Source of the DNA: a virus
Taxonomy: Duplodnaviria; Caudoviricetes
DNA: 49,033 bases
Strand: one strand, 5' to 3'
IMG/VR virus record: IMGVR_UViG_3300038393_000759
Span: 1 to 49,033 of that record
Part shown: positions 23,314-33,329 of the stretch, one piece after another
Layout of the letters: every line of letters begins with the position of its first letter
Position numbering within the stretch: the stretch's first letter is position 1
Position numbers and translations under genes: made by a program
Notes under the pieces: generated by a model
Seen by the model: only the letters and a program-made list of their open reading frames with translations
Database searches by the model: none
Told to the model about the DNA's origin: nothing

Positions 23314-26154
23314 ATGGCCTACGAAGCTGATAAAGTCGTCGTCACGCTGCTTGCCGAAAACGAGCAGTTTGACCAGGCGGCGAAGGCTTCGGCCAGCAAT
23401 TTCACGAAGAGCATGGCGGACATTCAGACGTCCGGCGCAGCGGCGGAAAGAGGCGTCGGCCAGTTTTCGAGCGCTCTCAAGGAAAACCGGCTCGCGATGA
23501 ACCAATCGCGCATCGGCATGATGGAGTTCCAGCATATCGCGCGCGGCGTTTCCGATCAGATCGCCGCAGGCGCTCCACCGACCCAAATCCTGACGCAGCA
23601 TCTCGGCATGCTTGGCGAGGCAGTGGCGCTGTCAGGCGGCGCGTTCGGTCGTTTCGGCGCGTTCCTCATGGGGCCCTGGGGTGTCGCGCTCACGCTCGCG
23701 ACCGTCGTCGGCGCGAAGCTCATCGGCCATTTCCTCGAAGAGAAGGATTCGCTCGAAAGCGTCTACGAGAAGCTCCTGAAGCATAAGGAGCAGACGGAGC
23801 TCAATGCCCGCGCCGAAGATATTTGGGCGCACTCGATCGACGGCCTGATCGAGCGCTCCGAGAAGCTCAATGATACGCTCGAAAAGCGCCTCCAGACGCA
23901 GACCGACGTACAGCGGCAGACGCTGCAGCAGGCACAAACGGATTTCGCCGCGGCGATGGCTGCTGCCGCCAAGATCGAAAATGACCCGAACGCGACGAAA
24001 AAGCAGATCGAGGATGCTCAGAAAGCCATCCATGACACGTCGATAGCGCTCCACAACGCGCAGGTGCTGGCGGGCCAGGACGCCGGCGAAGCGATCGCCA
24101 GCATCACGGAGGCGGCCAAGGTATGGGCCGACCAGCAGCTTCACGCCATTCAGGTCATCCAGACGGCGCACCCGGAACTGGCTGAGAAAACCGTCGCCGA
24201 TGAGATGCTTGCCGCTTATTCGAAGCTCAAAGTCTCGATCGACGAGGCGGCGGCGGCGAATCTCGGCTTCAATGACACCGTCGCGGCGACGAACAAGCTC
24301 AATAACGACCTCCTGACGGGTGCGATCAGCGTCCAGACATATGATCAGAAGATCAACGCCCTGGCGCAGTCGCTCCACAAGCTCGCCGAAGAAGCGAAGA
24401 ACGCGCCGAAAGCTATCACCGACTTCAAGGCGGCCGTGTTCGGTGCGGAAGGCACCGGCGCGAACCGCATGGGATCGTCGGCGGCCGGCTTCGGCCAGTT
24501 CATGCCCTCGACGTGGGAGAGCTATTTCCGCCAACTCTATCCGCAGCAAGCGGCGGGTATGTCGACCAGCCAGATCGACGCGCTCCGCAACAATCGCGAG
24601 ATCGCGACGGCGATCATCGACAAGGCGACGGACGATTATGTCGCGGTCCTGAAGCGCGCCGGCCAATCGATCACGATGGCTAGCCTCTACACGGTCCATC
24701 TGCTCGGCGCCGGCGATGCTCAGAAGCTGTTCGCCGCAGCACCAGGCACCCCGACCAGCTCGTTCCTTTCGGCCTCGGTGCTGCGGGGCAATCCGTTCCT
24801 TGCCGGCACCGCGGCGGACGCACGCGCCGCGATCGCCAAGCGCATCGGCGGCAGCTCTGGCGCAGTATCGTCCGGCGCCGCAGCCCTTGCTCAGCTGGAG
24901 GAGCAGGCGGCAAAGCAGGCCGCCGAGCAGCTCGCCGCCTTCACGGCCGAGATGGACCGTATCAACGGGCAGCTGATCGATGCGCGCAAGAGCGAGACGA
25001 AGGACGAGCTCGAGCTCGTCGACCTCTCCGAAGACCAAGTGCGGGCCGAGCAGCAGAAGCGCGATGATGGCTATCGTTCAGCGGTGGCCACCGGAAAGCT
25101 GACGCAGCTTCAGGCGGACCAGCTCGTCGCCGCGTCGGCGACGCTGGCCTCCGAGAAGCTGAAAGCGCTGGAGACAGAGCGCCAGGCCGAGATTGCCAAG
25201 CGCGCCCACGACATCGAGGATCAGAGCTATCAGTTTGCCGAGGACGCGCTCAAAGCACAGGACCAGGCAGCGACGAGCCAGGCGCAGCACCGCGAGCTGC
25301 AGTTGGCCATTCTCGATGTCGTCTATCAGCAGAAGCTGGCCGACCTCGAATATCTGAAGCTGCAGGCCGAACGGAACCACAATCTCGCGCAGGCCAATCT
25401 CATTCAGGGGCAGATCGACCAGCTGCCATCTGAAAAATACGCTGCGCGCAAAGAGGTCTTGCGCGGCACGATGGACCCGCTGGAAGCGTGGCTCCAGTCC
25501 GTCCCGCACGACGCGCAGACTGTCACGGAGGCGTTGCAGGGCATCGCAACGAACGGCTTCGACCAAATCGCAAGCTCGATCGCGGGCGTGATCACAGGAA
25601 CGCAGACACTCGGGCAGGCGTTCAGCAGCATCTCGCGCTCGATCATTGGTGACATCATCCAAATGACGGTGCGGATGCTGATCTTCCGTGCGATCAGCAG
25701 CTTCCTCGGCGGTGTTGGTGGCATTCCGTCTCCAGATCTTTCGATGCCCTCTTCGCTCGGCCTCGCTCCAGCTTTTCCCGATATGCTCAGCGCATCTTCC
25801 GGATTGGCGGGTCTGCCCACGCTCGCCGGCGGCGGCTTTGGCGTCATCGGCGGCAGGGGCGGCACCGACAACAACCTTATCGCCATCAACGACACGCCAA
25901 TCGCATGGGCCTCCAAGGGCGAAGGGCTGGCCATCGTTCCAAGCAACGCGAGCGCCGCATCGCCGTTCGGCGCCGGCAGCAGCATCCTCATCGTCCGCGT
26001 CGAACCCAATGACGATCGCTTCGACGCTTATGTCGAGAGCATTGCTGGCCCGATCGCCGCGCAGGCAGGAGTTCGCGGAGCTTACGGAGGCGCAGCGATT
26101 GCTCGCAACAACCTCGCGCGGGCTCAGCTGCATCGCCTTGGGAGCCGCGGATGA
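23314..26154 (+). CDS. Tape measure protein with internal lytic-transglycosylase-like domain
   Basis: 946 aa, Ala/Gln-rich helical; AEG....SSAAGFGQFMPSTW...YTVHLLGAG. Confidence 0.9.
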   Translation: MAYEADKVVVTLLAENEQFDQAAKASASNFTKSMADIQTSGAAAERGVGQFSSALKENRLAMNQSRIGMMEFQHIARGVSDQIAAGAPPTQILTQHLGMLGEAVALSGGAFGRFGAFLMGPWGVALTLATVVGAKLIGHFLEEKDSLESVYEKLLKHKEQTELNARAEDIWAHSIDGLIERSEKLNDTLEKRLQTQTDVQRQTLQQAQTDFAAAMAAAAKIENDPNATKKQIEDAQKAIHDTSIALHNAQVLAGQDAGEAIASITEAAKVWADQQLHAIQVIQTAHPELAEKTVADEMLAAYSKLKVSIDEAAAANLGFNDTVAATNKLNNDLLTGAISVQTYDQKINALAQSLHKLAEEAKNAPKAITDFKAAVFGAEGTGANRMGSSAAGFGQFMPSTWESYFRQLYPQQAAGMSTSQIDALRNNREIATAIIDKATDDYVAVLKRAGQSITMASLYTVHLLGAGDAQKLFAAAPGTPTSSFLSASVLRGNPFLAGTAADARAAIAKRIGGSSGAVSSGAAALAQLEEQAAKQAAEQLAAFTAEMDRINGQLIDARKSETKDELELVDLSEDQVRAEQQKRDDGYRSAVATGKLTQLQADQLVAASATLASEKLKALETERQAEIAKRAHDIEDQSYQFAEDALKAQDQAATSQAQHRELQLAILDVVYQQKLADLEYLKLQAERNHNLAQANLIQGQIDQLPSEKYAARKEVLRGTMDPLEAWLQSVPHDAQTVTEALQGIATNGFDQIASSIAGVITGTQTLGQAFSSISRSIIGDIIQMTVRMLIFRAISSFLGGVGGIPSPDLSMPSSLGLAPAFPDMLSASSGLAGLPTLAGGGFGVIGGRGGTDNNLIAINDTPIAWASKGEGLAIVPSNASAASPFGAGSSILIVRVEPNDDRFDAYVESIAGPIAAQAGVRGAYGGAAIARNNLARAQLHRLGSRG

Positions 26155-26732
26155 TCGACCTTACCGACTATGGCTACACCGACTATCAGCTGACCGCGAT
26201 CGATCCGGGTGGTGCCGTCGACGGAGCGCTCGGCGGTCCTTCCGACTTCATCGACCGGCCCGGCTATCGCTATTCGATGCAGTTCACGCTTCCGCCTCTC
26301 CCAAGCGCGAAGGAGGCGCGGATCTTCCAATCGATGCTCGAGCAGGGTGCGCGCGACGACGTTTCCTATCCGTGGCCGCTCGATTTCAAGTCGGTCGCTG
26401 CCGGATCGCCAAAGGTCAATGGCGCCTCGCCCGCTGGTACGGTGATCCCGATCTATGGGCTTCCAGCGAATTACCAGTTCAAACAGGGGCAGCCTGTCGC
26501 GGTCATCTCCGAGGGCATCCGCTTCATTCACAAGGCGACGGCCACGATTAGCGCCAACGGCAGCGGGCAGGTCACGCTCCCGGTGTTTCCGTACACGCGC
26601 AAAGCCTTTCTCAATAACGATGTGATCGAGGTCGAGCGGCCGCGCATCGGCGGGATCCTCAACTGGCAGGGCGCGCAGCAGCCGTCGTTCGGCGCTCGGC
26701 CATTCACCTTCACGATCACGGAGCGTTACTGA
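26151..26732 (+). CDS. Distal tail protein
   Basis: Follows the tape measure gene; GALGG....DRPG.RY, terminal FTITE. Confidence 0.7.
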   Translation: MIDLTDYGYTDYQLTAIDPGGAVDGALGGPSDFIDRPGYRYSMQFTLPPLPSAKEARIFQSMLEQGARDDVSYPWPLDFKSVAAGSPKVNGASPAGTVIPIYGLPANYQFKQGQPVAVISEGIRFIHKATATISANGSGQVTLPVFPYTRKAFLNNDVIEVERPRIGGILNWQGAQQPSFGARPFTFTITERY

Positions 26733-27403
26733 TGACGCCCGCGATGATCGCCGCGCTCCAGGCGAGCCGCAAGAGCGTCACTGGCTTTTTCGAAATCGAT
26801 TTTCCGTCCGGAACGCGGCGGATGCTGCTCGGTAGCGGCGAGGTCGCCTGGGGCGGCAACACTTTCAAGGGGTACGATTCAACGTTCGGCAGCATCACCA
26901 GCGGCGAAAGCGTCGCGGAGGATGCGAGCGGGCAAGCGCCGAACACTGCGATCACGATTCAGGTGGCGTCGAGCGCGACCAAAAGCGCTATCGCCTCCGA
27001 TGCGGTCCAGCTCTCGCCGGTCAAGATTTGGCTCGCCGCGATCCAGACGGACGTGAACCATCATTTTCAGGCCGTGGCCGATCCTGAGCTAATCTTCGAC
27101 GGCTTCATCGATCAGGCAGTCAGCAATCTCGATCGGAAGAAGGACGAGATCGATTATTCGATCATTTCGGCCTTCGATTACTTCTTCGAGGACAGCGAGG
27201 GGCAGAGGCTTTCCGACGCCTTTCACGAGAGCGTCTGGTCAGGCGAAAAGGGCCTTTCGAACGTCAGTGGCGTCACCAAAAAAATCTATTGGGGAACCTA
27301 TGGTCCAGGCGGTGCCGGAAGCGCCATCTCTGGCGGCGGCCTCGGCCTCGGCAGCGGAGGCAGCCCGAGCGGTAGCCTTGGCGGATCGGTGCATTCATAC
27401 TGA
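26732..27403 (+). CDS. Tail tip/hub protein
   Basis: W.G..F.G, FDGFID, RLSD.FH...W.GE.G..NV. Confidence 0.65.
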   Translation: MTPAMIAALQASRKSVTGFFEIDFPSGTRRMLLGSGEVAWGGNTFKGYDSTFGSITSGESVAEDASGQAPNTAITIQVASSATKSAIASDAVQLSPVKIWLAAIQTDVNHHFQAVADPELIFDGFIDQAVSNLDRKKDEIDYSIISAFDYFFEDSEGQRLSDAFHESVWSGEKGLSNVSGVTKKIYWGTYGPGGAGSAISGGGLGLGSGGSPSGSLGGSVHSY

Positions 27404-27813
27404 TGAAGCTGAACATCATCGAGCGCGTCATGGCGACGCAAAAGACCGTCGACGCATTCAAGGGCGCGACCTTCGCCGACGGCACGGCCGATTGCGTCCA
27501 GCTCGTGCTGGCCCATGCTCGGCACATGGGGAAGCGGATCAAGATACCGCGCTACGGAAGCCGCAAGAGCGCGGCTGCGGCTATGCGCGAGCTCGGGTTC
27601 GCGACGCTGTCTGACGCGATGGACCACCATTTCCGCCGCATAGAAAAGGCGCAAATCATGGCCGGCGACATTGTCGAGATGCCGGGCGGGAACGGCTTTT
27701 CAGCGCTGACGATCGCCGTCGGGAACGGGCGCGTGCTTGGCTTTCACGAGGACATCCCGCATTGCGATGTGCTTCAGCCGCTCATGATCAGCGGGGCGTG
27801 GAGGATTGATTGA
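27403..27813 (+). CDS. NlpC/P60-like tail-associated protein
   Basis: F..G..DC, GDIV, terminal AWR. Confidence 0.7.
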   Translation: MKLNIIERVMATQKTVDAFKGATFADGTADCVQLVLAHARHMGKRIKIPRYGSRKSAAAAMRELGFATLSDAMDHHFRRIEKAQIMAGDIVEMPGGNGFSALTIAVGNGRVLGFHEDIPHCDVLQPLMISGAWRID

Positions 27814-27842
27814 CCGCAGGCGACGAAATAAGCAGGTCGATC

Positions 27843-28172
27843 ATGCGGATTGCGTTTGTCTTGGCAGTTCTAGCGCTCGCCGGTTGCGAAGGCACTATCG
27901 CGCAAAACCGCGTGAGGACGCCAAGCGCCACATTCTCCAGCCAGCACTCAGAGCCAACGTTGGAGCAATGCCTCGCCGGCAATCTTTCGTGGGCGGGCGA
28001 TCCTTCGGTCATTCGCGGCGAGAATTCGACGGAAATTGCCTTCAGCAGCGTGTACGGGACCGAGCTCCTGCTGACTATTATTCCGCATGCCGGCGGCTCG
28101 ACGCTCGAACTCCGCATGAAGCATAAGAATTATTTGGGCCACCTTAGTCGTGCGGTGGAGGCCTGCCTGTAG
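27843..28172 (+). CDS. Lipoprotein inserted in the tail-tip module
   Basis: MRIAFVLAVLALAG-C lipobox; second Cys pair (QCL...ACL). Confidence 0.7.
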   Translation: MRIAFVLAVLALAGCEGTIAQNRVRTPSATFSSQHSEPTLEQCLAGNLSWAGDPSVIRGENSTEIAFSSVYGTELLLTIIPHAGGSTLELRMKHKNYLGHLSRAVEACL

Positions 28173-28194
28173 CCCTTTGGCCGCTCTCAACCCC

Positions 28195-28228
28195 GAACCT
28201 ACAGCGCTTCCCGCGCCGCCAATAATCT
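28195..28228 (+). promoter_or_regulatory. Late promoter module 9: GAACCTACAGC-N17-TAATCT
   Basis: Exact motif; ATG 9 nt after the -10. Confidence 0.85.
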
Positions 28229-28237
28229 GCCGTACAG

Positions 28238-30229
28238 ATGTCGAAAGTCCTCAAGATCGCTGCGATCGTTGTCGGCGTTGCCGCTGTCGTGCTGACGGCG
28301 GGAACGGCCCTCTTCGGCGCGGCCGCAGTGGCGGGAATACTCGGTGTCTCGGTTGGAACTCTAGCAACGATTACGGCCGTCCTGGGGGTGACGGCGGCCG
28401 TTCTAAACGTTGCCGCGGGATTGACGGCGCCAAAGCCGACGTTCGGCTCCCTCGCCGGGGCCGGTACGCAATTGGACTTCATTGCTGACCCGACGGCGGG
28501 CGAGCCCTATGTCATGGGGTCCGCGCGCGTGGGCGAGGCGGTGATCCACGAGGCGAGTTGGGGAGACAAGAACCGCTATCTCGGGATTATCGGCATCCTG
28601 TCATGCGCCGGGCCGATCATGGCCTATGATGGCTTCTACGGCGACGATACCGCGATCGCTTTCAGCGGCGGCAACGCGACCGGCTACTACAACAATTTCA
28701 TGTTCCTCCACACGCAGCTCGGCGCACGGCCGGAAAGCGCCGCGCTGAGCATGGTGGCGCCGGACACGTCGACAATGCCCGATTGGGGGGCAACCTATAA
28801 GCTGTCCAGCCTTGCTGCGGCGGGCCTGATCCTTGTCGCGGACGTCGACAACGGCCAAATCTACTCGGGCGGCGTTCCGAAGATGGAGCACCAGATCAGG
28901 GGCGTACTCGCCTATGATCCGCGGTTCGACAGCACGAACGGCGGGTCCGGCTCGCAGCGGCCCGGCGGCTACGGCACCGCCGAGACGGCGTACGCCTACA
29001 GCGCCAATCCGTGGGTGCATCATGGGACATTCGCACTCGGCCGTTGGGTGAACGGCGTTAGGGTGATCGGGCCTGGGCTTCCCTCGGCGAACATCGATTG
29101 GGCGTCGCATATCGAGGCCGCGAATATCGCCGATGCGAACGGATGGGAGATATCGGGCCGGGTTCTCTCCACCGACGGCAAGTGGGACGTGCTTCGATCG
29201 ATCGCGCAAGCAGGTGGCGGCTATCCGATTCCGACGCAGGCGAAGCTGTCTTGCCTCGTCAACACGCCGCGCGTGAGCCTCGAGACCGTCGAAGAAGAGC
29301 ATATCAAGGGTCCGGTCTCGGTGCCGCAGATGGCGATGCGCCGCGACCGTCTGAACGGAGGCATCCCGCGCTATCGCGAGCCGACGCTCGCCTGGCAGGT
29401 CGTCTCGGGGAATATCGTTCGGAATTCCACCTATCTCGCCGCTGATGGCGGCAACACGAAGACGAAGGAAATCGACCTTCCGCTCGTCGCGGATAAGGAT
29501 CAGGCCGCTCAGCTTGTCGCCTACGAGATCGCCAACAGCCGGGAGCGCGGGCCGATCCAGATCGAGCTCGACCTCTATTGGTCGCAATATAAGATGGGGG
29601 ACTGCCTCACGCTCAACCTGCCCTCGGCTCTGCTCATCAACCAGAAGTGTGTGATCATCGGGCGCGAACTGGATCCTGAAAGCAATACGGTTCGCTTCAC
29701 GCTCAGGACCGAAGACGACGCGAAGCACACTTGGGCGCTTGGCGTCACCGGCGGAACGCCGCCGAGCACGACGCCGGGTAGCGGGCCAGGCGACGGCGAC
29801 ACTGGCGGCACTGATGCGGTGGCGGCGATCCTGCGCGCATCCTATCCGAAGAGCCTTCGCGTTCAGGCTACCGATACCGGCACCAGCGTGACGATCACGC
29901 TCGATGGCGGCTCGTCCGGCGCAAACTTCGTCATCGACTATGCGACAACCCCGCCGCAGGACGTGAGCGTCCCGGCAGGCTCGCTGACCGGCAAGGCCTA
30001 TTCGACCACCTATTATCTGTTCGCGGACGTGGACGCGCCCGGCGATGCGACGCCGACCTATGGGGCCACGACAGTCTATGGTGACGCGTTGAATAGCTCG
30101 GCGCATCCTCTCCGCGTCTATCTCAACCAGTCGGTCGTGACGCCAGCATCCGGCAGCGGTGGCACGACGGGCGGCGAAGGCGACGGCAGCGGCACTGGCG
30201 GCGGCACGATCGGCGGCGACAAGCCGTAG
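28238..30229 (+). CDS. Central tail tip/host-specificity protein
   Basis: P.V.G..RVG, G...YDPR.DS, YS.NP, AAN.AD motifs. Confidence 0.8.
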   Translation: MSKVLKIAAIVVGVAAVVLTAGTALFGAAAVAGILGVSVGTLATITAVLGVTAAVLNVAAGLTAPKPTFGSLAGAGTQLDFIADPTAGEPYVMGSARVGEAVIHEASWGDKNRYLGIIGILSCAGPIMAYDGFYGDDTAIAFSGGNATGYYNNFMFLHTQLGARPESAALSMVAPDTSTMPDWGATYKLSSLAAAGLILVADVDNGQIYSGGVPKMEHQIRGVLAYDPRFDSTNGGSGSQRPGGYGTAETAYAYSANPWVHHGTFALGRWVNGVRVIGPGLPSANIDWASHIEAANIADANGWEISGRVLSTDGKWDVLRSIAQAGGGYPIPTQAKLSCLVNTPRVSLETVEEEHIKGPVSVPQMAMRRDRLNGGIPRYREPTLAWQVVSGNIVRNSTYLAADGGNTKTKEIDLPLVADKDQAAQLVAYEIANSRERGPIQIELDLYWSQYKMGDCLTLNLPSALLINQKCVIIGRELDPESNTVRFTLRTEDDAKHTWALGVTGGTPPSTTPGSGPGDGDTGGTDAVAAILRASYPKSLRVQATDTGTSVTITLDGGSSGANFVIDYATTPPQDVSVPAGSLTGKAYSTTYYLFADVDAPGDATPTYGATTVYGDALNSSAHPLRVYLNQSVVTPASGSGGTTGGEGDGSGTGGGTIGGDKP

Positions 30230-30230
30230 C

Positions 30231-30264
30231 GAACCTACAGCCGGGTAGGCCTAGGCCATATCCT
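30231..30264 (+). promoter_or_regulatory. Late promoter module 10: GAACCTACAGC-N17-TATCCT
   Basis: Exact motif; ATG 8 nt after the -10. Confidence 0.85.
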
Positions 30265-30272
30265 TCGCGGCG

Positions 30273-30728
30273 ATGCTCCGGCCTGCGAAAATCGACCTCA
30301 GAGCCGACCGGCGGGTGCCGTTCGTGCGCATCTTCGCGTTCGTTGATTTCGACTTCACCGGCGCGAGCTTCAAGATGGAAATCCGCGACTATCCGGATGC
30401 TTCCGGATCGGCGCGCATCACGCTCAACACCGTGTCGAGCGAAGTACAGGGCGTCCGGCTCCTCTACGGGGCGAGCGACACCGTTCAGGACCATATTCTG
30501 GCTGGCCGGCTGACGGCGATCCCGCCGGGTCTCCAGCTGACGACGCCGGTCTTCGTAAGCCAGGTCAAGGTCAGGATCGACAAGGCCAATGTGACGGCGC
30601 TGCCCGAGCCGGCCGAGTTGGGCGACGATATCGATCTCGCCTACGATCTCCACATCACGCCGAGCGGCGGCGACGAGGACGTCTATGCGAGCGGCCTGTT
30701 CACGGTTGTCGCCGGCGTCACGACATGA
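30273..30728 (+). CDS. Tail fibre adaptor/baseplate upper-type protein
   Basis: DFTGASFKMEIR, YDL.IT, G.FTV..GVT. Confidence 0.65.
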   Translation: MLRPAKIDLRADRRVPFVRIFAFVDFDFTGASFKMEIRDYPDASGSARITLNTVSSEVQGVRLLYGASDTVQDHILAGRLTAIPPGLQLTTPVFVSQVKVRIDKANVTALPEPAELGDDIDLAYDLHITPSGGDEDVYASGLFTVVAGVTT

Positions 30729-33292
30729 CCGACTTTTCGGTTCTGAAGGACGCTTCGAGCGACGTCGTCCTCATCAAGGACGACATTCAGTACGTAGTTG
30801 AGCTGCAGGGCGGCAGCGGCGCCGCGTCCACTGCGGCGGCAATCCTCGCCGAAGAGTTGGCGGAAGACGCGCAGGCGGCCGCCGAAGCCGCGCGGGACGC
30901 AGCAGCGGACGCCGCCACGGCCGCCGCGGGGAGTGCTAGTCTGGCTTTGGCGCATGTCGACGAGGCCGCCAGTCAGGCAGCCGCCGCGGCCACCAGCGCC
31001 GGCGTCGCCCTGGTGGCAGAGGGCGGCGCTCAAACGGCCGACAATGCCGCGCAGACTGCGCTCGCTTCCATTCTGGCCGCTCTCGCCGGTACCTCGCTCA
31101 CGACCCTGACGCTTCCCGCCGCCGACCGGACGGTCCTCGCCGGCCTCGACACTTCTCTCGGCTTCCCCGCGAACCTCATGGAGGAAGGGCGCGAGGGACT
31201 GTTCATCGTCAAGGACTATGCGCCCATCTCGGCTGCCGTCGACGCCGACACGCGCCAGGGCGTCTATGTCCGCTCGACCTTCAACACCGCGAAAGTGTGG
31301 GTTCGCGCCAATAGCGATATCGCGGTCAACGCCTTCTGGTTCATGAGTGCAGCAGAGGTCGCGGATGTCCGCGCGTTCACCGCCCTCGTCAACGTGACTG
31401 ATGCTCTCAACGCCGCCGCCTCGTTCATTGCGCAGCGGGGCGGCGGTACGGTCCTCTGCCCGCCTGGCAAGTACCGGATCGGCAAGCAGACATTCCAGGG
31501 GACGCTGCTCGACGGGACCACGCCGTGCGCCTACGGCGCGCACGAGGTCCTCACCGTCAAGAACGCGACGCGGCTGGTGCGCATGAGCGGCTATGGCGCG
31601 ATTCTCCAGACCGAGGCCGGGCTCAAGTGGGGCGCCTTCGATCACGCGACCGGCAACCGCTACGACCCGGCCTCGCTGCCGTACCTCGATTACAATAACT
31701 ACGGCTACATCTTCCGGTCGATGATCAACCTCGAAGCCAATTCGGGGGGCGTCGTGGTCGAGGGTTTCGAGCTAGACGGCAACAACACGCAGTTGGTCCT
31801 CGGCGGTCGCTTCGGCGACAGCGACCGGCAGCTCGAGGGCTCAGGCTTGTGGATCAAGAACAATGCCTTCGTCGAGCTGAAGGACCTCTACATCCACCAC
31901 CAGACGACCGACGGCATCATTGTTGCGACCGCAAGCAGCCAACCGGACAGCGCGGTTCGTCAGCCAGTCACCATTGATAACGTCCGCTGCATCTACAACG
32001 GCCGCAACGGGATGAGCCCGGTCGGCGTCAACCAGATGCACGTCCGCAATTCGGTCTTCAACAATTCCGGACAGGCGCTCAACACCGTCTCGTCCGAGCT
32101 CGTTCGCTCGTCTCCGGGCGCGGGCATCGACATCGAGGCCGATGCGTCGATCAACCGGGGAATCATCCTCGACGCGATCACTTGCGTCGGCAACTACCAG
32201 AATGGCATCGCGATGGCCTCGGGCGACAGCCGCGGGACCGTCATCAGGCGCTCGAAGATCGAGGGCTTCACGATCGGTAGGTCGAACGTCACGTTCGAGG
32301 ACTGCACGGTCATTGGCTATTGCACCGCCTCGCTCGCCGATACCGACCCCTACAAGCCAACGGCGAGCGGCCTGTCCCTGACCATCGCCGGGACCGGACC
32401 TTACACGATCACGCGCAGCGCGGGCGACTTCACGGCGGACGGCTTTGTCGCCGGCAGCACGATCTGGCTCTCCGGCTCCGGCCTCAACGCCGCCAACAAA
32501 TCGAAGCGGCTCTACGTGACGGCGCTCACCGCCACGGTGGCGACGGTGACGGTGATCGATGGCAGCGCAATGGTCGCGGAGGGGCCGATTGCCTCTTCCA
32601 CGGTCGCGACCGCATACACGCTCAGCGATGGCCAGCGCTTCATCCGCACCAAGTTCACCTACGATCCGAAGCTCACCGAGAGCGGCACCCTGATCAACTC
32701 GACGCAGAGCGTGTTCAATCAGATGCCGTTCGGGCTGTTCGATAACTGCGAATTCGACTGCATGTCGACGCCGCTCCCAAACATGAACAACCGCTCGGCG
32801 CTAGGGACGAGGACCGACAGCTACCCGCTCATCAAGGACACGCGGATGCGCTCGGCGTCCTCCACCGTGGTCAACCTCGACGCTCGCTGGCAGGGCTACA
32901 ACTATGTGACGACGCCCGCCGTCGTCGGCTTCTCCGGCAACGGCCGCATTGAGGATGGCGACATCCTCTACAATGGCGCATCCACCATCGTCCAGAAGAT
33001 CACCACTGCTGGAACGGTCACGCCGACGTCGCTCAATAAGGCGGTTCATGTCACGGCACAGGCCTCCGCGCTGCTCTTCGCCAATCCAACCGGAATCCCG
33101 GTCTCAGGGCAGATCATCGAGCATCGCATCCGCGACAACGGCACGGCGCGCGCAATCACTTATGGCACTCAATATCGCGGTGTCGGGCAGGCGCTGCCGT
33201 CGACCACAGTGGCGAACAAGCTGCTCTACATGAAGGCGGAATACAACGGGACGGATACCAAGTGGGATGTCGTCGACGTGGCGCAGGAATGA
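30725..33292 (+). CDS. Tailspike with right-handed beta-helix (depolymerase-like)
   Basis: Ala-rich N-terminus; D.TDALNAA...GGGTVLCPPGKY; repeated DGI..., N.RNG.S and GIDIE rungs. Confidence 0.75.
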   Translation: MTDFSVLKDASSDVVLIKDDIQYVVELQGGSGAASTAAAILAEELAEDAQAAAEAARDAAADAATAAAGSASLALAHVDEAASQAAAAATSAGVALVAEGGAQTADNAAQTALASILAALAGTSLTTLTLPAADRTVLAGLDTSLGFPANLMEEGREGLFIVKDYAPISAAVDADTRQGVYVRSTFNTAKVWVRANSDIAVNAFWFMSAAEVADVRAFTALVNVTDALNAAASFIAQRGGGTVLCPPGKYRIGKQTFQGTLLDGTTPCAYGAHEVLTVKNATRLVRMSGYGAILQTEAGLKWGAFDHATGNRYDPASLPYLDYNNYGYIFRSMINLEANSGGVVVEGFELDGNNTQLVLGGRFGDSDRQLEGSGLWIKNNAFVELKDLYIHHQTTDGIIVATASSQPDSAVRQPVTIDNVRCIYNGRNGMSPVGVNQMHVRNSVFNNSGQALNTVSSELVRSSPGAGIDIEADASINRGIILDAITCVGNYQNGIAMASGDSRGTVIRRSKIEGFTIGRSNVTFEDCTVIGYCTASLADTDPYKPTASGLSLTIAGTGPYTITRSAGDFTADGFVAGSTIWLSGSGLNAANKSKRLYVTALTATVATVTVIDGSAMVAEGPIASSTVATAYTLSDGQRFIRTKFTYDPKLTESGTLINSTQSVFNQMPFGLFDNCEFDCMSTPLPNMNNRSALGTRTDSYPLIKDTRMRSASSTVVNLDARWQGYNYVTTPAVVGFSGNGRIEDGDILYNGASTIVQKITTAGTVTPTSLNKAVHVTAQASALLFANPTGIPVSGQIIEHRIRDNGTARAITYGTQYRGVGQALPSTTVANKLLYMKAEYNGTDTKWDVVDVAQE

Positions 33293-33329
33293 TGAGTTCG
33301 GATCCTCCTCTCACCCGCTGAACTGCGAC

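Noticed and set aside
30725-33292. Diversity-generating retroelement acting on the tailspike
   Set aside because: No reverse transcriptase gene and no template/variable repeat pair seen
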